DNA from: Lepidodermella squamata
Taxonomy: Eukaryota > Animalia > Gastrotricha
Length of the DNA: 64,000 nt
Reading direction: 5' to 3'
Assembly (NCBI GenBank): GCA_047495785.1
Contig: JBLDXI010000012.1
Location: 1,178,001 to 1,242,000 of the forward strand
In this document: in pieces, positions 14,434 through 30,124 of the stretch
Layout of the letters: each line of letters begins with the position of its first letter
Numbering within the stretch: the first letter of the stretch is position 1
Program-made: the position numbers and the translations under genes
Notes under the pieces: model-generated
Told to the model about the DNA's origin: nothing
Database searches by the model: none
What the model saw: only the letters and a program-made list of their open reading frames with translations

Positions 14434-15820
14434 CTTTTACTTTGAAAATTTTCACCCAGAAAACCTTTCAAAGGTGACGTAACTTCTAAATCTTCTTTGC
14501 GCTTTTATAATACAGAGTTTTCCAGATGGTTCTTATGATTTATTCAATGTTTAATCAAGATATTGTTTACAGCAGCAAAAACTTGTTGTATGCAGGTTAC
14601 CAAGTGCTGACTGATTAGAGCACAAATTATTTAAAGCACTTGCGCATTTTTGTCGATAATTCAATGAGCTAAGTCTGCTTTGGTTTTCTCCTAAAATGTG
14701 TGCACTTATATGAAAGATTTCTAGACTATATCATTATCGCGAAATATACAAAGCTCGGCTTATAATTCTAAAACAAGAAGAGTTATAGACGCGGCGCGGC
14801 ACCGTTGCGCTGTAATTAATAAATCATCGCTTGAGAAGGGTTACCAGTACAGGTGGTATGCGTGTAATGACGCATCGAATACGTGCGTTTTTATGAACTT
14901 GAACAGACATTTTCTTGATCTGGCATAGTTTCTGTTTGCTTCAAAAACATCGAAGACATCGAACTGCTCCATCTACGTCATCGAACAGTGTCATAGCAGC
15001 ACAGACACCACAGATTAGGCTAGAAGTACAGTACAAAGGTCGAAGAAATGATGAAACAATTATTATGCAGGAGCTCATACCGATGTGGCGAATAAATTAT
15101 TGAAATAGCCAAATATACGCTTATTATCTTGTAATCGAAAGGTGGTAAAACTGGGTATTCAAATTACTCTGAGCTAAATTCGTTTAGCCAACCTAGAGGA
15201 ATGTCTCAGGAACACGCCAACAAAAACCTATTTGTTTGCGTCAGTGCCTAGATAAATGGAAATTGCGTCAGTTGAGGATTTTGGACACATTAATTTTCGG
15301 TTTTCTCGCATTTCTCTTAACTCTTAACGCAGACATTTTCCTTGTTTGAAAGACGGTTTGAAGGACGATGTGTTCTCCATCCCTTACTGGCGGATATATC
15401 AGTGGTAACGAGGAAATCTGGCACCGCACTTCCCCGACCATTTTCGTGGAAATGTTCCCTGGTAAACTCATAGATCGATGAACTCGCGAATAAAGATGAA
15501 AATTCTATTCTTATTTTGTGAACAAAGTTTCATACGAATGGTCGCACGCGCCGGCGATAAGGCGAAAAAACATATCTAAAAGTTTAAAATCTTCACACCT
15601 CGAAAAGCTGCCATAAAAGACGGCCAACAAGCGGCAAAGTTAGAGCTTAACAACACCAGCATATAATTTGCGATGATTATATCACATAATCGCATCAGCC
15701 GCGGTGTTTTCTCGAGCAACAGAGTTGCGTGGGATTTGCCTATCTTTTGCATACGGCATACCGTTGAACCAAGAATTTTCAAGTTTCATCAAAAACCAAA
15801 GTTCAGTTAGCAAAGGAGAA

Positions 15821-16361
15821 ATGTTGAAATTTAGCTGCGCCCTGCTAATTGTTGTCGGATTTTTCGATGTCGCAGAATCAGCAAGTATATAAAACATATT
15901 CTAAAGTTATGCTCTTGGTGATTATAACTTGTGTAACTTAGTTACAACCCCTCTGTCATGCATGGCTCATGACGAGAAGTTGAACACGGAATTCGAACCT
16001 CCTTCGGACACGTCACGCTGCATTGGCTCATTCTGCTATAAAACGACCAAGTTCACGGTAAACACCACAACAACAGGTCGCGGCTGTGCGGCTAAATGCA
16101 CAGGTATCAGATTTCGTACGAGCTCCCAGTTTTACTTAACTCATTTACGTTGTTTTAGAGGGTGAACTGATGTCAACCAACGGTATTCGCATCACGACGT
16201 ATTGCTGCAATCTCCAGTAAGATTAAAGAAAACGATTTCTGCTATCGACGTATTGCTTTGTTAATGATTTCAGAGATGTTTGCAACGAGGCCAATCGGCA
16301 ATACGCCTTTGCGGCCTATCTTACGGTTTCCGCGGCGACGTTGCTTCTGCTTCTTCGCTGA
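15821..16361 (+). CDS. Ly6/uPAR (three-finger, quiver-like) GPI-anchored protein, 4 exons
   Basis: Signal peptide MLKFSCALLIVVGFFDVAES, then LSC...C.GSFCYK...RGCAAKC...YCCNLQDVCN, then a hydrophobic tail YAFAAYLTVSAATLLLLLR*. The first intron appears to use a GC donor (gcaagt). Confidence 0.8.
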
Positions 16362-16769
16362 TTGAACCGGGTAGCAAGGAAAGTGGTAATAAAATCAATG
16401 CACAAAAAAACAAGTATTTCGTTCCTTACGGAAACTTTCAAAGCAATAAATAACGCTATTTGTAACTAAAACCTAAGGACAAATAATGATGAACTGCCTA
16501 ATAAAATGAGTACCTTCTTCGAGCCAGATCCCTTAAACCGAAAAAAGTTCATAGCATTAATTAATGTTTCAAAGGAGCTTTGAGGACTAGAAGGGCACTT
16601 AGTCCAACCATAAACCATAGATCTTGCCGAAAACTAATGAGTTGAAGATTTCAGTATTTTACACAAGTCACAAGCGATGTTTAATTCAAGGTGGGCATAG
16701 TAATATTCAGTATAGAGCAAAACGTACTGTAAAAAGCTCGGATTGTGTTATATTGGCCATTCGTTTTAG

Positions 16770-17318
16770 TTAATAGTAGTAAAAACCGGGACTGCATGGT
16801 CTGAGGCCATACAGGACAGAATTGAATGGTATCCAAACGCCGCTGCAGTAGACTCCAACAGCCGTGGCCCATATTGCGATAGTGATTGCAGCAAAAACCT
16901 AAAGTGAGTGAATTTGAAAAAATGCATGGCCAAGGAAGCGTCAACTCACTATGGCGACAACAGCCAGAGTCTTGGCACAGGAGTAGTTCTCAAACGTCGC
17001 CCTGTCCTTATGAGCCATGACGATAGCCGGAATCGAACAAGAGAAAGTAAGACAGGCGCAGAAGCTCATGACTAAAGCAACAATTGAATGGCACTTCGCT
17101 GCATTTTGCATATCAATCAGTGCTGCCTGCGCTAATTCTGGGCTAGCCTCGGTCGTTACGTAAATTACAGAGGTACCGGGAGCTGGAGAGACCATCGGTA
17201 AGGGTTGAACGACAACAACTTCGCCCTGGGGAGATTGATTGCCAGTGTAAGGCGGCGGGGCACCAGGGGTTTGGTCCGGGTACTTGGTCATTTCCGTTGG
17301 ATAAGTATCTTGAGACAT
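16770..17318 (-). CDS. CD225/dispanin-like (IFITM/PRRT-type) small membrane protein with a PPPY motif, 2 exons
   Basis: The Pro-rich N-terminus contains GAPPPY. It is followed by SIVALVMSFCACLTFSCSIPAIVMAHK...CAKTLAVVAIV and, after splicing, VFAAITIAIWATAVGVYC...FYYY*, which matches the dispanin two-hydrophobic-segment pattern. Confidence 0.65.
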
Positions 17319-17715
17319 TTTTTCAGCGTGTCTGCGGCCAATTTTCGGTTTGGCCGCTTTATAACATCCAGCGCGGTCGTAATACTTTGGGTCTGCATTC
17401 TGCATCGCTAGCTTGGTAAAAAATGCACGACTCCTCCTACTCGCAATATTCATGTTTACCTTAGTACCAGAAACGACCTCGTGATCGAGCGTGGGCGAGG
17501 AAATTGCGTATAAGAGAAAACGATGTAGTCTGGATTTTTGGGAGATTTTATTAGCATCATTCACTTGAATACAGAAAATCATAGGGATATACTATTTCAG
17601 CTTGAAACTATTTACCAGACTAGAGAAATAGGAGTAAGACACCCCATTTTGCAAACAGCCAAGAGTATAATATCGCAAGGAAAGCCTTAAATAAATAGCG
17701 TGTTACTGATGGTTG

Positions 17716-21210
<3,495 letters not shown>

Positions 21211-22481
21211 TCTCCGGTTGATTCTAGAAACACTATATTGCCTACTGCGTCCTTTATTCTTATGGGAGTTTATATGGACTCTAGATAATTTCCAAGTTGT
21301 TATCTCGCAGCTTCGTTGCTACCACGCCCGGTTACATTGAATACCACGCCTTGTTTTTTGGGAGGAAGAAGGTTTGAGTGATAACATCATTATGATAAAG
21401 CAGGCAACGTTATGATAAGCTTGCGTCTTTTGCATCTTTTTTCAGGTCGTTTTACCGAGTGTCCTATTCATATTGGAAATGTTGCCAATAATGGCTTCTT
21501 GTGGAAAAGGAGTAACCGATTTAAATAGCAGATCCGCAAATTCAAGATAAGCAATTAATGGCATCGTATCGAATAATCCCGGCACGAATGATCACAATTT
21601 TTAATCACTGCTACTAGAAACAAGGACAAGGGTTTGGCATGCGTATCGCTTCCACGTCACGATAAGACAATGATTCTTATGTCGAAGTGTCTCATACATC
21701 CGATAATCACATGAGCCATTATATGCGGAGAAAAAACTAGCGTGCAAATTGAATTTTTTACTATCTTTTTACGCTTAATAAAACTCCACAAGCCCGCAAT
21801 AGAATTAGAGTGACATGTGAATCTCCTCACCCGTGTAATAGAAAAAACGCGATATAGCTTAAGCTCAGACAGAGATCGTTAAGCCGATCCGCCATTAGTG
21901 ACATGTGCGCCCAGAGCGTACTGAATACAATTGTTTTCGAGCATGTTGCCCTGTTTTCAACGCGACAATTTCCCGCAGGTCTGCAGCTTTTCTGATACTC
22001 TGCAAAACTGCTACCAGGTTCTTCATTCGCAAAAATGATCTCAGTAGTTTTTACAGAAGAAAATGGTTATATTATTTTTATCGCTGCCAAAAAAATAAGA
22101 TAAAATTAATTTTTGATCAATTTATTTCGTTGGCTATTGATTTATCTCATTTTTACGCGCATTTTACAGCTATTCTACTTGCCAACGTGTTTTTTGCCCC
22201 CAAAGAATTAGCTCAAATTTTGTTCCATCGATTTTAATTTGATAAATTTAAGTTATCTTGGTAATAACTTTATTATATATCCTGACAAGGCTTCACTGTA
22301 ATTGCTTCATTGACACATTCTGGGGTTGACCTTTATTTCATTATAGCGCTGCAGTGGCCCCTAATTATCCACCATATTCTTAGAACAATAAACGCTGCTT
22401 GACTAAGCACGGCAGAAGACCTCTTAGAACCTATAGTAGGCATTCCCTTATTTGTGCTGGAGTAATTTGCTTATCAGTGCT

Positions 22482-24133
22482 ATGCTTTTAGCTATGCCTT
22501 CATATTTTCTCCTCATTGGATATTTTCTCATCGCTCTTCCCACAAGCGCTCTCGCAGGAGGATTTCGAAAATTTGTCCTAACAGGTAAAAGCTCTGAAAC
22601 CAAGTTCCTGATGACGTAAATTTCCGTTTCCGGCAGATATGCCATGCTGTAATGACAGAGAATCCGCGCGAAATCTTGGCCATCTGCAATCTCAAGGTGC
22701 TGAATTAGATCTGCTGAGGTCGATTACTGGTGGCAGCTACAGTAAATGGGTAAAGCCCCGTGCTGTCAAAGGATCGAACTTACTAGTCCAAACTAGGCTC
22801 TACCTAATCAGAATTCAAGAGTTGGACGAGGCCACTGAGACATTTTACTCCACCGTCCGGTTTCAAATCGTGAGGCATTCTTGACTTCCCACGATTTTAA
22901 TACCCCATGTTATTTAGAATTGGCAAGACCCTGCATTATCATGGGATCCACTTGCGTTCGGAAATCTGACGTCTCTGGTAGTCCCAGGTGGCGTCTTGTG
23001 GCTTCCTGATTTGCAAATAGTCAACGCCGTGGATGAGATGTACGAATTGTTACATGACGCCAGCTTTTCTTACCGAGTCTACAGTGATGGTAACGTCTGG
23101 TTCCATCCAACGGGGAAAATTGCAACGCGGTGCCGCTTCGATCTGATGTTCTACCCTTTCGACTTCCAAAGATGTCTCATAATCGTCGAATCTGTTATAT
23201 ACGCGACTGATGAGTTGAGACTTATCATTCGCGAGAACAAAACTGACCCGATATCACTCGGAATGCTTGCTGAAAACGAGTTGTGGGAGCTCCTACCTGA
23301 GTACTGCAATGCTTACTCAACAAGATATCGTAGCGGTTCGAAAACAGAGTTTAGTAGAGTCATATTCAGCATAGTCATGAAGCGAAGGCCGAATTTCTAC
23401 ATAATGACAATCATTGTCCCAACTGCCCTCCTGGCTATAGTTACGGTCTTCACCTACTTGGTACCGATTCATTACGTGGATCGAACAATTCAAAGTGTGA
23501 CAGTTCTGCTGGCTGTTGCAGTTTTTGAAGCTGCGATAGCGGATGATTTGCCCAAGACCTCTGAACACTGCATGCTTACGATTTATCTGACCCTGATTCT
23601 AGCGACTTCAGGGGTTACGATCTTCACCTCGACGTTATGTCTAGCGTTGGTGGACCCTGGCGAATATATCGACGCGCCTTGGGGCTTGCCGAATCTCTTT
23701 AGCGCTATATTCTGCAAACCATGCAAGAAGAAAGGGGGTAAGAAGTTGAAATCAACTCATGCTCCAGACGGGGCCAACTCTTCGGATGATACTCCTGCTC
23801 CTGCTACTGAGAATGGTGTGGCGTCTTTTCGAAAGCCTTCAAAAGTAACGAGGCGTTTTATTTCAATCATCTTTTTGTATTATTTCCTTTTAGAAAAAGC
23901 GAATGGAGCTGGTGCCACATCACCAATACGAACCAGAGCGATATCTTAGCACGAGCAAGGCCATGTGGTACACGGCTTATTTAATCAATTGGGCGGCATT
24001 TTTTCTATGCGTCGCTGCGTCTCTTGCCATACCTATTGCCTCGTTTGTGTTCAGGCCTACAGCCCCGAAAAACGAGACAGCTCCTGGATTAGGCTACTAT
24101 ATGGATGGATATTATGGATTCTCTTCAGTGTAA
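22482..24133 (+). CDS. Cys-loop ligand-gated ion channel subunit (nAChR-like, non-alpha, divergent), 4 exons
   Basis: Signal peptide from ATG 22482. Motifs WQDPALSW, LWLPDL, Cys-loop CRFDLMFYPFDFQRC, M1 after RRPNFY, M2 DRTIQSVTVLLAVAVF, LPKTS linker, M3, and M4 in the last exon (23894-24133). Confidence 0.9.
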
Positions 24134-24779
24134 TCCGGAAACCTATCTCGTTTTCTTCGTTTTGCATCTTTCTATGATTAGCAATCCCAAAGTATTGTTT
24201 TGTATTAGAACATTTTAAAGATTATGAATGAATTCTCGCGTGATGTGCTGTGTCATTAAATTCTCAAAAAGCTTCCTGGTTCAAGAAAGATCTGTTTTAT
24301 TCACTGATACGAAATTTTTACATTAGCTATTATATGAATTGGCCCATGTTTTGAACACGGAAAACATGCATTCGACTTGTTGTATAAGTACTTAATCGAC
24401 TTTATGATTGATTTGATCAATCGACTGAGAATGGCAAGCCCTTCCAGATTAAGTCTAACTTAGCTTGACAGACAATTTGACTCGGATTTAATCTGGTAAG
24501 AGCTTCGTTTCTAAACGGACTACGCACGTTTTCTAGTGCATTCTAAAGTTGTGAAGCGTGTCTAGAATAGGTCATCGCGGGAATGGAAGCTTGAAATATG
24601 AACAAAGAGGGGTAGATGAAGAAAAGAAGACGTGCGCGAAAATAAATTTCATCACTAAAGCAGGTGCGAAAGGAATAGTTACTGCCAAGTGAGTTTATAT
24701 CATTCATCATGGCGATTCCAAAGATGAAAATCATAAAAAAGTGAAAGGTATTAATGCCATTAAAATAAAAAATTAATCA

Positions 24780-25983
24780 TTAAACTTGGTGCAAATCAGA
24801 ATAATCACTAGTTTTTCGCACTGAGACTCTTATTGATGAGAATATGTGCCCGATAGAATAGCATATAGGAGAGATGCAGCAGTCTGTTAGAACTTCGAAG
24901 AACTTTCTCGCCAGTCCTAGATTGATCATAAACTGGCGGAAGCACGGCACGCAGCACCAGATGTGGCAGAAAGCCATGCAGGCGAAATAGAATGCCCAGC
25001 AGACGGCGGCTGGAATGGCGCAGATTAACGCGATGATGCGGTATGTCCATAACTTGACCAGTGTGAACGATTGGTACGAGGCACGCCAGATGAAATCAAA
25101 ACTGTAGATTGTTGGGTGGGGCTCGGCGAATATCTCTTCGAAGGCAACCTATAGGATAAAAATAAATAAATCGAAGACACTACATTCCTTTCTCTCAGCG
25201 GGATACAAGTTAACGATCCCTTTTTCAACAATAGAACCCATACTTTTCAACCAACTGGATACTGGAGGAATAACATATCGCAAAAGTTATAATCAGCCTT
25301 TTAAAACGTTAGAATCCCCACTGTCAAACTTATAATTTCCAATAATTGTCCTATTGAGGCTATGGTAACAGGAGCTTCTCTTCACCAAAGGTAACCCGAA
25401 TCCTGAATTCCGGATTCAATGTAAAAGATTCCCCCTTCTTGAATTGTCACTGACAATTTTTTCTTGAAGGCTAAGTTTGGGGTTAGATTTTAGGAATTTG
25501 AGTTCTTTAGGTTCAAAAATAGACCGACCATCCAAAGATGTCTCTTCGATTTCCTATAAAATCTTCTTTCCTATCATTCCGTGGATGCAGGACTTCGTTA
25601 TTCAAAGGATAAAGTTCAGCAATGCAAAGAATGCTTACCTTGAGATGCTGATTGATGAACTCGGGATCGCGGTTGAAAAAATCTATATTGGTAGCTATCG
25701 GTACAGATTTTTTACTGCCACTGTCTTCTGTTACGGCGAATTCCACTGATTTCGTAGACTCGGGGCCATTGTGGTGACTTTTCGTTGGAGTAACAGCTCT
25801 AATGCTGCTCGGACGACTCCCCCTAGCGCTCTGATTCTCAATGCTCCGAGGCGATGCCGGGGAAGTCCTGCTACCATGTACTTCAAGAGCAGCGAGCTCT
25901 ACGCCTTCTTCGCCAGGTTTTGAGTCGTCTGGTGGTGACAGGATGATTTCGTGATGTAGCTCGTCTTTACTCTCATCCATCAT
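24780..25983 (-). CDS. Caveolin (canonical-like), 2 coding exons (25983-25639, 25148-24780)
   Basis: IDFFNRDPEFINQHLK|VAFEEIFAEP (caveolin signature FEDVIAEP), YSFDFIWRASY, WTYRIIALICAIPAAVCWA, HIWCCVPC, IFSSIRVSV. Confidence 0.93.
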
Positions 25984-26411
25984 CGTTTCGCGAGATCTGA
26001 GATGAGCTAATACGTTTGGGATGGAGTAACTCAGTGATACATGGATTAATTGATTCCTTCTGCGATCATGATTGAATGAAACGTCTAAAATATAGGAAAA
26101 CAATTTAATGAAAGTTGCTGATTGATGTTGATGATAAGAGCATTATATCGCGTGTTGAAAAGCGGTTTAATATTAGTGCGGAGTTTTCGTCGCCGGGCGG
26201 TTGGTTGATTGCAACAGGCGAAACGAATGTTTACCGGCGATGATGATGATGATGATGAGTTTTGTGTTGTGTTGACATTCCGCAACACCGAAACTGGGCT
26301 GTGTCACGTTGCTGGAGCTGCCGACTTGTTTATGCCGTGTTTTTGCGTCGCGCAGGAAACCAGCGCATGACCAAAACACGGAGTGAACAGTTCCTCCTTT
26401 GTCTTTCTTTC

Positions 26412-26436
26412 GCTCTTTCTCTCTCTCTCTCTCTCA
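26412..26436. repeat. (CT)n microsatellite
   Basis: A ctctttctctctctctctctc run. Confidence 0.7.
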
Positions 26437-27409
26437 CTGTGTGTTTTATTTATTCGTGTGTCGCCTCGCTTCAGATCACCATCTCCTACACTTAATAACC
26501 GGCTATTAAACCGCATGTTCGTGAGCGCCGTATTAATACCCTGAATGGATGTGCGTGTATTTTGCTTCTCGCTCCTCGCTTCTAAGCAGCATTTGTTTAT
26601 CTCTCGCTTTCGCGATCATGCGAACAGCAGGCCGTATACGGCTGCCAGCCGTGACCAACATTCGTCGTAGAAAAATGAGACGTATTAATCGTAATAGCAA
26701 AACACAAGTTCCGGGTTTCCAACATGATAATAATAGACGGCCGTCGAGGTGCACACAAAACAGGCGGCGCGTGCTGCGGACAAGTTTCGGGATGCGCGCA
26801 GCTCCGGACTACACTCCTTTAAAAGCCGCGAAATTGTGCGCCGCACAAATAGAGATGAAATTATTCCATCCTCGACGTCCGGCCATCACTTGACAAACCG
26901 GCAGCGTGACACCTACTCCGCTGCTGCTGCGAAAACACAACTAACTGAACATACAATAATTGCTGCTCAATATTCGTGTTTTTAAAGGAAACGCGTTGCA
27001 AATACGACGCTTTAAGCCGGACCTATATAAGGCATACGCAACTTTACTTCTCCAAGCACTATATCAATCTACTTGCCAGCAATTTTCTTCTCACAAGGTA
27101 TATTCTAAACCGAACGAAAAAGATTCAACTGAGTAATATCTTGCTTGGAAACTGTCAGTAACTGTCAGTCCTGCATCACTGCGCCTTTTGCCATGCTATC
27201 ATACAAAGTCGCCGTTTTTCCGAAATTATACGATTTTTTCAACTATAATGGCGAGAGGATAGTCACTGCAAGGCAAAGGTCAGCTGTTGACAGAAAAATC
27301 AAAAATATGTCGGATGTTGATGATGTGAAAATTCTAACATTTTGGACTGTGATTTTTGGAATATTTGGAATAATTTAAAATAGAAAGGTAAAATCTATAA
27401 TAATTATAT

Positions 27410-27875
27410 CGAAGTGTACTTTCATACATAAATATTTTTATGAATGTCAAAATAACCTTTCACGCATATTTTTTTCATAATACTGTGTTTTTCACGAAAA
27501 CGACGAATAAGACTTAGGGTTTGGGGTTGGGGTTAGAAAGTCAGGGTTAGGGTTATGATTAGTTTTAGGGCTTGGTTAGGGTTCAGGGTTCAGGTTAGCG
27601 TTAGGTTTAGGTCGATTTTCAAGTTTTTCCGAATTTCGATTTTTGGGCCCTTGCACTTCCCCGATATAACTATTTTCAAGCGGAAAAAATTGGCTACGTT
27701 TTCGGAACCCCGTTTTTTGTTTTTAATAACCGAAAACTAGCCGGCCGTCATTTTCTTTACGTTTCCAGCTCGAATTAAATGAAAAAATATGTATGAAAGG
27801 TGATTTTTTCATACATAAATACATAAATAAAAAGGTAAAAATTTCATACATGTTTATGTATGTAAGTTTGCACCC
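27410..27875. mobile_element. Non-autonomous DNA transposon (MITE-like) with imperfect inverted termini and an internal degenerate TTAGGG array
   Basis: The 9-bp direct repeat TAATTATAT flanks the element (27401-27409 and 27876-27884). aaaataacctttcacgcatattttttt near 27450 is an inverted match to aaaaaatatgtatgaaaggtgatttt near 27782. The termini ttcatacataaa / tttatgtatgtaa are also inverted matches. Confidence 0.65.
27514..27612 (+). repeat. Degenerate interstitial telomere-like (TTAGGG)n hexamer array
   Basis: ttagggtttggggttggggttagaaagtcagggttagggttatgattagttttagggcttggttagggttcagggttcaggttagcgttaggtttagg. Confidence 0.75.
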
Positions 27876-28674
27876 TAATTATATTGGTTGGCAGTAGCTA
27901 AATTATGGCTAGCAGGCTCCTGCATCCCATTTTAATCTGGAAAATATAATCTGGCATCAAACCTGTCGCTCAATTGAAGATACCTGAATTGTTGTTATAT
28001 AATCTCAAGCTATTTATTTGCACCCAATTGGATCCAAATTTAAATGTAGCTAAATGAAAAACAAGGCTTAAATTCCTCCTCCCACTTCGATAACATTTTT
28101 TATTCGACGAGGTCAATTAATAGACAATCGATTCCACGGACTAGCGCGCAAGTTCGCTTTATCATGCGACTCAAAGTGCGAAATTGCGCGAATGACTCAC
28201 CTTTGGACAAACGACTAGCCGATTCATTAACACCTCTCATATAGTGCCCTCGCTCCATTGTCTCAGTTTTGTCAGTTTATTATTTTTTTATGATCAATAT
28301 TTTCGAATGGCTCTGCGATGCGAAACAATCATTACGTAAAAATGAATATTGCAAACTTCGGAAAATTACTGTAGACATTTGGCTATTTGGCTACTGGGCA
28401 ATTTCTCAAAGTAAATTACCGCCAGTATTTAGCACTGTTTTGACTGTTTTGTGTCTAGTGGTGGAGCAATTTTTTTGTATAAACCAAAATCAGATTTTTC
28501 AACCAAAATCAATTATTTGGTTAGAGATGAATATGCTGATAAAAAAGCTGATGGTGTCTCGAATTAAAAAAAGAATATTTGGGTTGTTTTATTGGCAATT
28601 GGCATAAAGGTGGTTAGATGGGCTTTCGATTGCTCAAGCCGACATTTGCAAAACTCAGTGTCAGTAGGTTATGT

Positions 28675-29049
28675 TCAAAAATGAACATAAACGTATGCTG
28701 GGGCTGATTGTTGCTTCCGGATCTGCTGCTTTTTCGCAAATCTCCTGACGAAATCATCCTCCGACTCATTCACCAGATACGCCTCGCGACGGCGAGATGG
28801 AGATGGAGACTTCTCGATAGTTGGAGAATCGGTTGATACAGAATTCAAGCCAATCGACGTCGTTTTCTTCCTGAAAATTATCCCTTGTAAATTTATGGAA
28901 TTTAAAATTTAAATAGTTACTCACCTGTACTGTAGAATGATCTTAACAGCCACGACTATCAGAATAATCGCCAAGGCACCTACAATTGGGCAAATAATTG
29001 CCAGAAAAAAGACATTTCGTGTAGTTGACGGGCCGTCATCATCACCCAT
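28675..29049 (-). CDS. Small single-pass membrane protein (about 106 aa, no signal peptide), 2 exons; absent from the ORF track
   Basis: Exon 1 reads MGDDDGPSTTRNVFFLAIICPIVGALAIILIVVAVKIILQY. A gtgagt...tttcag intron leads to exon 2, RKKTTSIGLNSVSTDSPTIEKSPSPSRRREAYLVNESEDDFVRRFAKKQQIRKQQSAPAYVYVHF*. The TM is followed by a basic stop-transfer segment. Confidence 0.6.
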
Positions 29050-29585
29050 TTTGAACGATTTCGATGTTTCGATTGTAGAAATGAATCGGATGATATTGAA
29101 AATTTTGAAGGTGAGCTATTTACGAAAATTTTACTCGAGTGCACGATGCCAATGAAAAACACCCTCCCCCGAGCAACAACTTGTTTTTTTTCTGCCATCG
29201 TCGTAATTAATGAATTATTGATGTTGCTTTCCATTTCCACGCTTCAGAAGTGTGTTTTTTCTCTTGCTTACCTGGATGGCGGTGTGTCGACTTTCCCAGG
29301 GCAAGGGGTGTGTATGTGACCTCAATTAAAATGCGCCAACTAGTGTTCCAGAAAAGTTCGGAATTTAATCCAGGTGAGGCGATATCAGCGACGGCAAATT
29401 ACCATGTTTATCTTAGTTTGGCTGAAAGCCGAACTTCCTATCAAGTGAATAACGGCAACTTCAAAAACTAGCAAAATATTTCACCAGCCCCCTTAATAAA
29501 ATGACAGGGTTTATTTGGGCCAGGCTATAAATTAAGCCAGGTCACGCACTTCTTGCGCGCAATTTGTCTCGTTTGACCTTATACC

Positions 29586-30124
29586 ATGATTTCTTCAAAG
29601 TTCTGCTTCGTTTTTGCTGGCATTTTCGCATTGACAGCGGCACGTGTCGATGACAAGTGTATGAGCTGCATTTGTCAGGTATTCAGAGATAATCCAAGTT
29701 TTTCAATTATTATCCGAGTTTTTTTAAGGTGGAGAGCAACTGCAATGTGAATATCGGCTGTAAAATGGACGTCGGCTCGCTGTCTTGCGGTCCTTACCAA
29801 ATCAAGGAAGCCTATCACACCGATTGCAAGGCGAAAGGCGGCGTCGATTCCGATTGGAAAAAGTGCACAGGTACTATGGCGTGTTCAGAGAAGTGCGTCC
29901 AAAATTACATGGACCGTTACGGTACTTCATGCACTGGTGGCAAGACACCAACTTGTGAGGTAGTTTCAGCAAGCATTTTTCTTCTGCAGCTTCGCCGTAC
30001 TAATTATTGCGTCTTTAATTAGGACCACGCCCGGATTCACAACGGAGGCCCGAAAGGTTGTAAATCAACCGCGACTGATGGTTACTGGAAAAAAGTCAAA
30101 GCCTGTCTCGACAAGTCGGGTTAA
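29586..30124 (+). CDS. Invertebrate (i-type) lysozyme / destabilase, 3 exons
   Basis: Signal peptide, then CMSCICQVESNC, CKMDVGSLSCGPYQIKEAY, CSEKCVQNYMDRY, CEDHARIHNGGPKGC, YWKKVKAC. A TATA-like ctataaat lies about 60 bp upstream. Confidence 0.95.
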
